DNA of 64,000 bases from Octopus vulgaris (lineage: Eukaryota), in NCBI GenBank assembly GCA_951406725.2, contig OX597815.1, forward strand, positions 157,294,001 to 157,358,000. The letters are read 5' to 3'. Position 1 is the first letter of the stretch; every line of letters starts with the position of its first letter. The notes below the pieces were generated by a model that was not told the DNA's origin, ran no database searches, and saw nothing but the letters and a program-made list of their open reading frames with translations. Both the position numbers and the translations under genes were made by a program. Below, piece after piece: positions 14,165 through 26,470 of the stretch.

Positions 14165-14600
14165 ACTTTGTCTGGATGAATATTTAGAACCCATGGCCTT
14201 CACTTGACATCCTTGACTGATGAGATTAATGGTATTCTTGTTTCTTTTCAGGTCTTTGTAAATCAAAACCTTTAGGGAAACACATGGGTAGGGAGAGAAT
14301 TCCAGAATACCGGACGTTCTGAGAAGGAAGAACGGGGTATACTGATAAGGGCGGGACCTGGAGGGTTTGACACAAGAGTGATGCAAGTAGAACACAAATG
14401 AATTAGAAATGCCTAAGTGATGGTATGAGGCCAGCCAGCTCCGAGAAGCACATGTCATTGTAGTTGCTGTAGAAAAGGTAGAGAAATGAGAATACGCCTA
14501 TTGCCCACAAACTAGAGCTTGTCCTTGAGTAATTATTTGCAAATCAATCTGGATGCGGTCCAGGATATTTGTGAAAGAAGCAGTAGCACCGCTCCAAATG
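14165..14600 (-). mobile_element. Degenerate CR1/L2-type LINE 3' fragment
   Basis: Minus frame LYLFYSNYNDMCFSELAGLIP resembles the SLFYRYY.G.CS.EL motif; related to 52420-53640. Confidence 0.6.
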
Positions 14601-15263
14601 TGAGAGCAATAAAACATCGTAGTCTTCATTTGAATTTTGGAATTTGTGAAATAAAGAACCATATGCAGTGTTTTTTACAATTGTAAAATCCCAGGTTTTC
14701 AAAGTTTTACTCATATAATAATAGTTATGTTATATTCAGTGTAGAACATTGTATAAAGCTAACAAGAAATAATTATGTGCTGGAAATATGAAACAATATT
14801 TTGTTACTGACTATTTTCAAGTTTTAACCAAATACAGGAGACAAAACATATTTTGGGTCCAACAGAAAGGCATAGATCTCGGTGTAATTGCAGAAGTGGC
14901 AACGAAATAATTACTTTAAACAGAGTTGTAAAAGAATAAATAATACACGAGATGGTATCAGCGAGAAAAACAATAGCTATGTTAGTGTTAAAGCATATGT
15001 CAAAGAGATCATTAGAAAGTTAACAAGATATCAAGTTAACCATGAATATCAGTTTCCTAAGCAAGACAACTGCCCACTGTTGTATAGCTAGATGCACCCA
15101 GGGGTGAAAAACGGTGAGCATCCCGTTTCCTTTATGCAAGTATATCCACCGTGCAGTGATAACATTAAGTGATATAACATGTGTACCAGCACATGAAACA
15201 CTTATACGGCCAAACCACATTTGCAGATCAGTAAGCTACACTTTCTTAAAAGTACATATGAGC

Positions 15264-15311
<48 letters not shown>

Positions 15312-15349
15312 TCACATCTCTATATGCATATATGTATATGTATGTATGT

Positions 15350-15386
<37 letters not shown>

Positions 15387-15466
15387 ATTATAGATATGAT
15401 ACCATTAAAATTTCATAAAAACGAGTGTACTTACGTACATGTGTATATATATATATATATGTATAC

Positions 15467-15583
<117 letters not shown>

Positions 15584-15623
15584 TATAAATATATATATAT
15601 ATATATAAAGAGATATATATAAG

Positions 15624-15696
<73 letters not shown>

Positions 15697-15999
15697 GGAT
15701 TATAAATATGATACCAATAAAAGAAGAATTTCATACAAACGAGTCTACTTAACTGCATTTCATTGCAATGTCTATGGTCCATGTACATATATTCAGATGA
15801 AGAACTAAACTTTACCGTCTAGCTCTTTACATATTTTGTACAAAACAGATATATAGAGTCTTCTGGGAGAAAGTGTGCACAGTGTGCTTGTCATCCATAT
15901 CGTTAAACCTAATCGTCGTTCACTAACTGCCTATCGCTAATGTTCTTTGAATTTCGCTGATGTAATTAGGCAGGAAAATATAAGAGATAGATGAATGAG

Positions 16000-16100
<101 letters not shown>

Positions 16101-16184
16101 GAGTTGTTGGATGGACAGATAACTGAAAGAGAGACAGATAGATAGGGTAAGATAGATAGTTTCACTCTCTCTTTCATTCACTTC

Positions 16185-16238
<54 letters not shown>

Positions 16239-16445
16239 CCAAAAATGTTCCAAAAATTATATAAAAGCACAATGAGCGGAACAAACGGAAACTACACACA
16301 TAGAATGTTGCTAAATCCTCGTCAGTTATTGTCCAAAGGATCATAACAATTTCATGCCTATAACGATGATATTGTCCATATCTTTGATGGCGTCAACGTC
16401 AAGAAGCCGCTGAAAATGGCGAACCACAGAGACGAATATGTATAC

Positions 16446-16483
<38 letters not shown>

Positions 16484-16651
16484 ATGTGTGTGTGTGTGTG
16501 TGTATGTATGTATATATACATATATATCCAAGAAATTTACTCCACTTTTTATGAAATACGGAGTTTAAAAAATCTTTGGTTCCTATGCATCGAATACGAC
16601 GAGGGGTCTATCATATATATATAATATATATGATTTGTGTGTGTGTGTGTA

Positions 16652-16938
16652 TGTGTTATTGTATTTAGGAATGGTCATGTCGCCAGTTTAGCCAATAAAA
16701 ACACACGCACTATATATTTGGTGTTAATTTGCTTCAGCTTTATTTATTTTTTACTTTAATCTTCATCTTATTTCGGCCAGAGGTCACAGAAGTGTGACGA
16801 AACAACTCTGGCCGAAATAAGATTAAGATTAATGTAAAAAATAAATAAAGCTGAAGCAAATTAACACCAAATATATAGTGCGTGTGTTTTTATTGGCTAA
16901 ACTGGCGACATGACCATTCCTAAATATAATAACACATA
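16652..16938. repeat. Fold-back element (~130 bp arms) with hammerhead remnant in the loop
   Basis: tttaggaatggtcatgtcgccag...tttcggccagag pairs with ctctggccgaaa...ctggcgacatgaccattcctaaa. Loop reads gtcaca-gaag-tgtgac-GAAAC. Confidence 0.9.
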
Positions 16939-16954
16939 TATATATATATAATAA

Positions 16955-17137
16955 ATATTTTCGTCTGCCGTTACGTTCTGAGTTCAAATTCCGCCGCGGT
17001 CGACTTTGCCTTCCATCCTTTCGGAGTCGATAAATTAAATACCAGTTACACACTGGGGTAGATGTAATCGACTTAGTCCATTTGTCTGTCCTTGTCTGTC
17101 CCCCCTGTGTTTAGCCCCTTGTGGATAGTAAAGAAAA
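16955..17137 (+). mobile_element. SINE family B, 5'-truncated
   Basis: cgtctgccgttacgttctgagttcaaattccgcc...tttagccccttgtgg.tagtaaagaaa. Confidence 0.88.
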
Positions 17138-17211
17138 TATATATATATATATATATATATATTACGGAGATGTACTTGCATAGCAAGTGACCTGATCTGA
17201 GATCGTGTACT

Positions 17212-17455
17212 AATTGCAGTGTGGAAGGTGTTTATCAGCCATTTAAGAAACACACAAAAACCGTTAGATTAGTTGCTTGGAAACCGTGACCTGTTCAGTG
17301 GCATATTTCTGTGCAGCGCGGAATTTTGTCAGTGAACAGGTCGCGGTCTCCAAGCGACGAAAATATTTTGACAAATTAAAGTTAAATTTTGAAATTAATC
17401 TAACGGTTTTTGGGTGTTTCTTAAATGGCTTATAAACACCTTCCACGCTGCAATT

Positions 17456-17456
<1 letters not shown>
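17212..17456. repeat. Nested fold-back element with degenerate hammerhead
   Basis: Outer arms aattgcagtgtggaaggtg...ccgttagatta / taatctaacgg...ccttccacgctgcaatt; inner arms gttgcttggaaaccgtgacctgttca / tgaacaggtcgcggtctccaagcgac. Confidence 0.85.
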
Positions 17457-17498
<42 letters not shown>

Positions 17499-17510
17499 GG
17501 CAAATATGCG

Positions 17511-17555
<45 letters not shown>

Positions 17556-17558
<3 letters not shown>

Positions 17559-17924
17559 CGCATATTTGCCATTTGAATATGGCTAACCCCTAAGGGTGGA
17601 TGCTACTGTAGTTTGTAGCTCCAGGAAGATATCTCCTCCAGCTGGCTATAGACACACTATCTGTGCCCTATCAGTATTTGTGAAGGGAAGTCATCCTTCC
17701 CGTCTTTAACTTATGATACACACGGACTCGAGTTTCAAGGTGTTTATCTATCGTCAGCGTGTGACAATCATAGTTGTCGATGAGAATTCAGTTTCCCTCA
17801 CAAATACATATACTTTTTCCAGTGTCGATTGACACTGATATTGAAAAAGTGAAATCAAACAATGATAAATCTCAGAGCGAGTTATAAACAGTAGCGATAA
17901 CACATCGTGACGCATATTTGCCAT

Positions 17925-17932
<8 letters not shown>
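17556..17932 (-). mobile_element. Penelope terminal-repeat-like unit with terminal direct repeat and hammerhead
   Basis: gtgacgcatatttgccatttgaatat occurs at both ends, with a shorter inverted copy at about 17496-17514. Hammerhead motif inside; flanked by (TA)n. Confidence 0.7.
17718..17764 (-). ncRNA. Minimal type-I hammerhead ribozyme motif (weak stem II)
   Basis: Minus strand: cacacg-CTGACGA-tagataaacacctt-GAAAC-tcga-GTC-cgtgtg. Perfect stem I, palindromic stem III ACTCGAGT and GUC triplet. Confidence 0.75.
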
Positions 17933-17960
<28 letters not shown>

Positions 17961-18454
17961 GTGTGCGTGTGTGTGTATCTCAGCTAATAGGGAAAATAAG
18001 TCCCTTACATCTGCAGATTAAAACATTATAGATAGAAGGAAACGTTTTTTGATCAAAATTACAAGTTACTTTTTCTTTTTTCAAACATCTGGACAAATAT
18101 TTGAATGGATGAGGTTTTTCTTTTCTTCTTTCTTTCCTTTTTCTTTTTATATCTCAATAAAATATCAATAGAAAATATATGAAATCTAGAGGGAGTCATT
18201 CTAAATCCGAATACCAGAATGATTTCAAGATGGTTTAAGTAAACAAACGCCGGGTGTGCGCAATCTCTGAAGGGAATGGAGCTGATTAATCAAGCTAACT
18301 TTTTTGACTCACATTCACCATGTAGTCGTGACAGTTGGTAACTACGGATTTTTATATTAATTTTGTCTCTTCACTTGCGACGGCTTCAGCTGTGCCTTTT
18401 TTGCTCGCTATTATATTATCATTTGCGACTTCTGTTAAACACTCTGATGAAAAT

Positions 18455-18455
18455 A

Positions 18456-18486
<31 letters not shown>

Positions 18487-18498
18487 TAAAGAAATAGA

Positions 18499-18537
<39 letters not shown>

Positions 18538-18538
18538 C

Positions 18539-18578
<40 letters not shown>

Positions 18579-18625
18579 ATGGTGGTGGTGATGGTGGTGG
18601 TGGTGGTGGTGTTGGTGGCGGTGGT
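18455..18625. repeat. (AAT)n, (GTA)n and (GGT)n microsatellites
   Basis: Read directly. Confidence 0.95.
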
Positions 18626-19196
18626 GTCTGTTACAAAATATTTCGTGTTTTGAAAGAGAATACTCACCCCTGTTGTCACCACGGAAACTATGAATGTTAT
18701 TAGAAGCCGAGATAATCAAATCCGCATTGCCAGTATGTGTGTGTGCGTGTGCGCGCGCGTGTTTGTGTGTGTGTGTGTGTGTGTGCGTGCGCGCCTGCGT
18801 GCATTTGTAACTATGTGTACATGTGAACGTACGTACTTAACTAATTAGACATTATTTATAGTGCTGGATCTATTTTTTTATCACTCTCTACTCGCCTTAG
18901 AAATTTAATCTATCTCCATCATTGTCTCTCTCTCTCTCCCCTCTTTCTCTCCCTCCTCTCTCTCTGTCTGTATATACATACATACACATATATATACGTG
19001 TGTGTGTGTGTGTGTGTGTGTATACATAAATACAGGCACTCGCAGAGTAAGAGAGGCAATGAGAAGAGTAAGAGAGGAAACAGAGAGAATGAGATAGAGA
19101 CTGTAAAAGAATGAGAGATACATATATGCAGGCAAATATATGTACTTGTACACAAAAGTACATGCACACACATATGTATCTATATTGATAGGCATG

Positions 19197-19537
19197 GGCA
19201 CACTGTCGGCTACGACAAGGGTTCCAGTTCATCCGATCAACGGAACAGCCTGCTCGTGAAATTAACGTGCAAGAGGCTGAGCACTCTACAGATGCGCGTA
19301 CCCTTAACGTAGATCTCAGTGAGATTCAGGGACATTCAGGGAGAATCAACATGACACAGAATGTAACAAGGTTGGCCCCTTGAAATACAGGTACTACTCA
19401 CTTTTGCCAGCTCAGTGGATTGGAGCAACGTGAAATAAAGTGTCTTGCTCAAGAACTCAACGCCGCCGCCTGCAATCGAACTCACGATAGTGCAATCGGG
19501 AGCCAAATACGCTAACCATTAAGCCACGCGCCTTCAC
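19197..19537 (-). mobile_element. tRNA-derived SINE family E
   Basis: Head gtgaaggcgcgtggcttaatggttag...gagttcgatt, central domain shared with family C, and a distinct tail (cacgagcaggctgttccgttgatcgga). Related copies at 47221 and 40683. Confidence 0.85.
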
Positions 19538-19740
19538 TATATTTATAGTTAGATAGGCAGAGAGACAGACAAACAGACAAACAGACAAACAGACAGACAG
19601 GCAGACAGGCAGGAAGGCAGGCAGAAAGAAAGACAGACAGACAGATAGATAGATAGATACATACATACATACATACATACATACATACATACATACATAC
19701 ATACATACATACATACATACATACATACATACATACATAC

Positions 19741-20117
19741 GTACCGTCATAGAGATTAGCTACCCTGCAAATATAAATATCTCTTTGAAAATCAAAGAAA
19801 ACAAGGATGTCTATGGACAACCGCTTCGAAACCTCCAGCTTCTATATCCAGACTATGAATTCATATTCATACCAATAATAATTGAAGCACAAGGTTTTGT
19901 TAGTAAATGCTTAAAGGAGAATATGGATCAACAGGGATTTTCAGAAAGAGAAATCGATCGGCAAATTCGTACATTACAAGTGCAATCTATGAGTGGAACA
20001 GCTCCAAATGTGAATTTGTCTGTGTTAACTACATCCCAAAGATGGAGCCTTGTATCTTTGTTGGAAACTGGTTCCCTCTTCAGTGGAAGATATATAATAA
20101 TTAAAAAGTAGCAGAGA
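19741..20117 (+). mobile_element. R4/Dong-like LINE 3' fragment (restriction-like endonuclease end and 3' UTR)
   Basis: TVIEISYPANINISLKIKENKDVYGQPLRNLQLLYPDYEFIFIPIII; (TACA)n on both sides; homologous to 62640-63030. Confidence 0.75.
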
Positions 20118-20746
20118 CATACATACATACATACATACATACATACATACATACATACATACATACATACATACATACATACATACATAGACAGATGCCA
20201 CAGATTGTTTCTGAGGCTGGCAAGATCAGGTGTCTCCTCTCCTTATGGCTACATCAACCGGTGTTGCATGTCAGACGTAGGATTTATTGGAATTCATAAA
20301 GGATTAGATTTATTCTTGATATCTTAAATTATAAAAATAATTCCTGAAAATTAATAGTAACAGAAATGTCAGGAAATAAACCACTTATAGAAATAAAAAT
20401 AATTCTTATAATGTACGGAGATCGGAAGGCTGAGAAGAAAAACCATTCATTTCATGTATGTAAAGTGTTCAATCACTTCCACGCTACTTTCACGAGCAGG
20501 CTGTTTCATGGATCAGATGAACTGGAATACTCGCTGTCGTAACCGACGGAGTGCCAGTTGAATAATACTAAATCTACAGACAGATGCAATTTTGGTGTAA
20601 AGAGCCTTTCCAGTTCAAAATAATCTTTTATCTTTTATTTGTTTTAGTCATTAGACTGCGGCCATGCTGGTGCACAGCCTTAAAGAATTTTTGTCGAAGT
20701 TATCGACCCCAGAACTTGTCATTACACACCCATACACACATACACA

Positions 20747-20789
<43 letters not shown>

Positions 20790-20795
20790 TATATA

Positions 20796-20921
20796 CTTTA
20801 TTTAAAGCAGCAGAAAATTCAACAAAATCTGTTCATCAGACAAGCAAAAACTGTCTGATGAACGGCAACGAGAAACTCAGAGTAACAGATTTTGTTGAAT
20901 TTTCTGCTGCTTTAAATAAAG
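20796..20921. repeat. Fold-back element enclosing a hammerhead
   Basis: ctttatttaaagcagcagaaaattcaacaaaatctgtt / aacagattttgttgaattttctgctgctttaaataaag, plus inner catcagaca / tgtctgatg. Confidence 0.92.
20851..20888 (+). ncRNA. Minimal type-I hammerhead ribozyme motif
   Basis: ctgt-CTGATGA-acg-gcaa-cga-GAAAC-tcaga-GTA-acag: stem I ctgt/acag, intact core, very short GNRA-capped stem II and GUA triplet. Confidence 0.75.
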
Positions 20922-21007
20922 CATATTACTCTACCACTGGTATTTGAGTACTCTTTTTTCCACCTTGTTTCACATTTATGTGTTTACTCCGGTATATATA
21001 TATATAT

Positions 21008-21258
21008 AAATGCGCCCTTTTAAAGCCTAGCCAGGCTCATGGGCCCGGTTTCCCGGTTTCAATGGCGTATGTGTTCCCCAGCTGGACGGGATGCCAGTCC
21101 ATCGCAGCGTTACTCATTTTTGCCAGCTGAGTGGGCTGGAGCAACGTGAAATGAAGTGTTTTACTCAAGAACACAACGCGTCGCCCGGTCCAGGAATCGA
21201 AACCACAATCTTACGATACTGATGCTGGCACCCTAACCACTAAGCTACGCGCCTCCAC
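21008..21258 (-). mobile_element. tRNA-derived SINE family D
   Basis: Head ggaggcgcgtagcttagtggttaggg...ggtttcgattcctgg, central domain shared with families C and E, then gcgatggactggcatcccgtccag (V-SINE-like). Confidence 0.82.
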
Positions 21259-21279
21259 ACACACACATATATATATATA

Positions 21280-22808
21280 TGTCCTATCCATATGTCCTAT
21301 CCATATGGCCTATCCATAAAGGAGGTAGCAGAGCAGATGCTAAAAATTATAGGCTTATCTCTCTGACCTCACACATCAGCAAAGTCATGGAACGAATAGT
21401 CCGTAAGAAACTAATCATGTTCCTTGAAGAAAATGACTTGCTGTCTGACACCCAGCATGGATTTCGACTAGATAGAAGCTGCCTAACACAGCTCCTGCAA
21501 CATAATGACTGGGTGTTGAAACAGCTACTAAATGGCTGAAATGTGGATGTAATATATCTCGTCTTTGCAAAAGCCTTTGATAAAGTCGACCATGGTATGA
21601 TATGTCACAAACTGCGTGGTCTCGGCATAGGCGGAAAACTTGGAGAGTGGCTGCACAATTTCCTAAAAACAGAAGACAGGCAGTTGTGAGCAATGGAGCC
21701 ACCTCCAAGGAAACACAAATAACAAGTGGTGTCCCACAGGGCACTGTCTTGGGGCCACTGATGTTCATAGTGGCCCTTTCAGACATGCCTTCAGTTGCTA
21801 CGATGGCCGCCCTTGCTAGCTATGCAGATGACACAAAAGTCTCCCACACAATACAAAACCCTGAAAATATTGCGCATCTGCAACAGGAGTTGGACACAAT
21901 ATACAGGTGGGCTGAGGACAACAACATGCAGTTTAATGCAGGTAAGTTCCAGACCCTGCGCTACCGGCACACAAAGGTAAGCGACGTACAGACTGGATAC
22001 ACTGGCCCAGGAAGAATTGCAATCCCTGAGTCAAAATCAGTGCGTGACCTGGGCATTGACATGAGCAATGATGCATCTTTCCAAGTGCATATTACTAATC
22101 TGGTGATAAAATGCAGACGGCTAGCTGGATGGATTCTCCGAACTTTCAGAACAAGAGAGAAGGAGACACTGATGGTCCTATGGAAAACATTCGTCCTCAG
22201 CCGCTTGGACTACTGCTCCCAACTATGGTCACCACACAATATAAAATTAAAAGCAGAACTCGAAGCAATTCAGAGAAGCTACACAAAGAAAATCGTCTCA
22301 ATGCAAAATATCAGCTACTGGGAAAGACTAAAAGTATTAAACCTCTTCTCCCTAGAGCGGAGGCGGGAGAGATATGCGGTGATATACATCTGGAAAATCC
22401 TGGAGGGTCTTGTCCCAAACTTTGGCATTCAAAGTTACCCCAACCGCAGAACAGGGCGCCACTGCATGGTGCCAAAGATTCCAACATCACCATCAAAATA
22501 CAGGTCCAGAAACTGCAACAGCTTGGGTTTCAGAGAACCACAGCTCTTTAACATCCTCCCTAAATGCCTGAGAAACTTACATGGTGTGGATGTGGGTTTC
22601 TTTAAAACTAAACTGGATCTCTTCTTGTCGAGAGTCCCAGATGAACCTACCTCACGACAGGAGACGCAGATGCGGGCAGCAGCATCGAACTCCCTTGTTG
22701 ATCAAGTGCCACGTATCAGAGGTGGATTCACATATTAGTGTAGCTCATTCAGCGGTGGTGCCCCAGCATGGCCGCGGCCTTCGGGCTAAAACCTTTTTAA
22801 GGATTTAA

Positions 22809-22812
<4 letters not shown>
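21280..22812 (+). mobile_element. 5'-truncated CR1-clade LINE (RT to 3' end), relatively young
   Basis: PIHKGG..NYRLISLTS, QHGFR, FAKAFDKVDH, SGVPQGTVLGPLMF, YADDTK, LDYCSQLWSP and YWERLK..LFSLERRRER. One stop and a frameshift near 21540-21660, then open to 22738. Confidence 0.93.
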
Positions 22813-22869
<57 letters not shown>

Positions 22870-22872
<3 letters not shown>

Positions 22873-23012
22873 CGAAGGGTTTCTTTAAGGTTCCGTCTGC
22901 CAAATTCACTAATAAGCCCGAAGCTATACTTGCCCAAGGTCCACGCAGTTGGACTGAATCCGAAACTATGTGGTTGAGAAGCTAACTTCTTATCACACAG
23001 CAACGCCTGCGT
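22870..23012 (-). mobile_element. SINE family A, diverged 5' half
   Basis: acttgcccaaggt..cacgcagt.ggactgaa..cgaaac.atgtggttg matches the family A head. Confidence 0.7.
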
Positions 23013-23424
23013 CTAGAATATTGCGTTTTTTGTTTTCTTTCTTCTTTTTTACAAGAAGTCAGTAGCCTATATGCAATATGAAACAGAAGTTGACTTTTTT
23101 TCTAACAAGGACAGAGGACATTTGATCAGAAAATGAAATACTGAGTTGCAATCCTTGCCGATTTTTCTATCTTGCTTGTTTCACTTTCAGCCACTCAATG
23201 TACATGCAAGAGGGGATAGATTGCTTCGTGCCGACTCACCAACCGCTGTCCGAGTGTTTGTGTATCGCAATTTGTTCATGCATATAACAACATTATTCAA
23301 ATTATTGTTGAAATTACATTGTCCTCGATATCAATATGAGAAGAAAATTGAATAAAAGGATGCAATGAAGTTTCTTTCACTTCTATTTTTAGACAACAGA
23401 ATTTGTTGACTTTCTGAAGTGAAA

Positions 23425-23665
<241 letters not shown>

Positions 23666-23924
23666 ATAAAGAGCAACATAATTTTATCATTTCACTGTAT
23701 TAATTAAAAACTACTTTTCTGAGTTCCATAAATATTATGTAATATAATTCATGCAACAGAAGAGCTACCATCTTGTACCGAATCGGCATCCGTCTGCATA
23801 TTTAGCAGGAATATTATTAAATGTAAACACAAAAATATTGTCTTTATTAATTCATTGCCTTTAGTAATTTGAAGAATATATTTCAAAGTGTGCATGTGAG
23901 TGTATTTGTGTGTGCTTCCGTACG

Positions 23925-24002
<78 letters not shown>

Positions 24003-24540
24003 CGTGTGTGTGTGTGTGCAAATTCCGGATGAAATAGATGTAATTGAAATATATGTGATATCGGCATTGTGGAAAAACAAGAATTGCTACATGACATTTA
24101 ATGAGAAAGACGTCAAGCTGTTGCAGCCAATGAGTATATTTTAAAACATACAATGATTATGAATGATATATTTCCTCATCTTGGGGGCTATCACTGTTTG
24201 TTATAGCCTTTCAGTCATGCTCTGAAATATAGTTATACTAACGTAAATTTTCACCTGACTCTTCAATCACTTACACAGTTTTGCAGCGAATAAAGAAATA
24301 TTTTTCATGCTAGCACTAACAAACCTTTATAATCAATCTATATAACTAGATAGATAGATAGATAGATTCATACATACATACATACATACATACATACATA
24401 CATACATACATACATACATACATACATACATACATACATACATACATACATACATACATACATACATACATACATACATACATAAACAGGTGTATATATA
24501 TATAACAAAGTGGAGTTGTAAAGTACCGCACGAGTGGAAT

Positions 24541-24747
<207 letters not shown>

Positions 24748-24779
24748 AAGAAAGAAAGAGAGGGAAACAACACCATTGA

Positions 24780-25290
24780 CAGGTAAAGTAGCTTCTCTTG
24801 GACCTGTGAAAGATACGTTAATTCACATTTGGATGGATATGCCTTCGCCATCGAGGATCAGGAAACAACTACGAAGTACTTGACAAACAAGAGAGACAAG
24901 GATACCACCAAACTTACTACGTTGTGATAGAAAATGTAAGCTTTGCTATACCAGTGTGGAGGATATCACCCATATCATAGTTACCCCAGAATGTCTACGA
25001 GATACTGCTCCTGAGGCAGAGACTGTGTACAATGTTATCCGCTGGAAAGACTGCCCTGAGGTATACATCAAAGGCATGTCGAAAGCAGCACGTTTTCACA
25101 GCTTTAAAAACCAAGAATACTGGTGGAACATTCCAATATGAATAGCAATTCGGAGCAAAGATAACAGACCGGTTATTGCTCTGTGGAGATGAGGGAACAA
25201 AAGTCATGCACTAATGTAAAGGCTAGCTGCCAAGCAAATGCGATTGTACCATCAAAAGTCCCAGAAAAAGGACATACAGCTCTTGTACCC
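24780..25290 (+). mobile_element. Degenerate R4/Dong-like LINE fragment (zinc-knuckle and endonuclease region)
   Basis: GYAFAIEDQETTTKYL...KC.LC..VEDITHII...EYWWNIPI; same family as 62280-63030. Confidence 0.7.
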
Positions 25291-25296
25291 CGACAA

Positions 25297-26310
25297 TATA
25301 TTGGGTTGTCCAGAGAGTTCGTGCCGATTTTTAAAAGAAAGAAAAAGGTCAATAAATACTTGCTGTTACATTTTTAATCAACAATATGAACCATTTTGTT
25401 GCACAATGCGTCTCCATCTTTCCTTTAACTTGAAAATACCCTTTTCCCAGAACTAAGTTGGTTTCATTGCTCCCCAGAATTCATCAAGGTCTCTTTTTAC
25501 GTCATCCAAGGAATTGAAATTTTTACCTTTAAGACTATTCTGCAGACACCTGAATAAGTGGAAATCCGAAGGAGTAATATCTGGTGAATATGAAGGGTGG
25601 GGTAACACATCCCAGCCGAACTGCAGCAACTTTTGTCTGGTTCCCAAAGAAACATGCGGTCTTGCAGTATCATCTTAGAAAACAACACCCTTCCTTGTTG
25701 GCAAATTCTGGACGTTTCTCTTGAATTGCTGCTTTTAACTCGTCCAGCTGTGTGCTGTATTTCTCAGAATTAATTGTCTGGTTACTTGCGAGAAGCTCAT
25801 AGTACATAATTCCTTTCCAATCCCACCAGACACAAAGCAAGACTTTTTTAGGGGGAAAACCCGCTTTTGGGGTGACTAAGGGTGGCTCCTGTCGCTTACT
25901 CCAGGATCGCTTTCTCTGAACATTTCGGTAGATAATCCAATTGCCATCATCTGTCACAATTTGCTTTAAAAAAGGCGCGTTTTCATTCCGTTTATAAAGC
26001 GAATCACAGATGGAAATGCGATCCAAAAGGTTCTTCTCACTCAACTCATATGGTACCTAAACATCGTAGTGATTTGTGTACCCAGCTTTACCAGGTGCTC
26101 ATGAACGGCTGATTTTGATAGGTTGAGGCTTTCTGCCAATTTTCGGGTTGTGCAATGTGGGTTATTCTCAATTAATGACTTGATTTGATCATCATCTGTA
26201 GTGGATGGTCTGCCTGATCGCTCTTTATCAATAAGGCTACAATCTCCAGCTCGGAGCCTTGCGAACCACTTCCGTACAATTCTTTCGGATAAAGAAACAT
26301 CACTGTAATA
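25297..26310 (-). mobile_element. Decayed mariner transposon
   Basis: TIR tattgggttgtcc at 25299. Minus-strand transposase [45 protein letters not shown] and HPSYSPDITPSDFHLF, frameshifted. Confidence 0.92.
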
Positions 26311-26311
26311 T

Positions 26312-26379
<68 letters not shown>

Positions 26380-26418
26380 GCGTACGTACACTTTGGTCTC
26401 TCTCTCTCTCTCTCTCGG

Positions 26419-26470
<52 letters not shown>

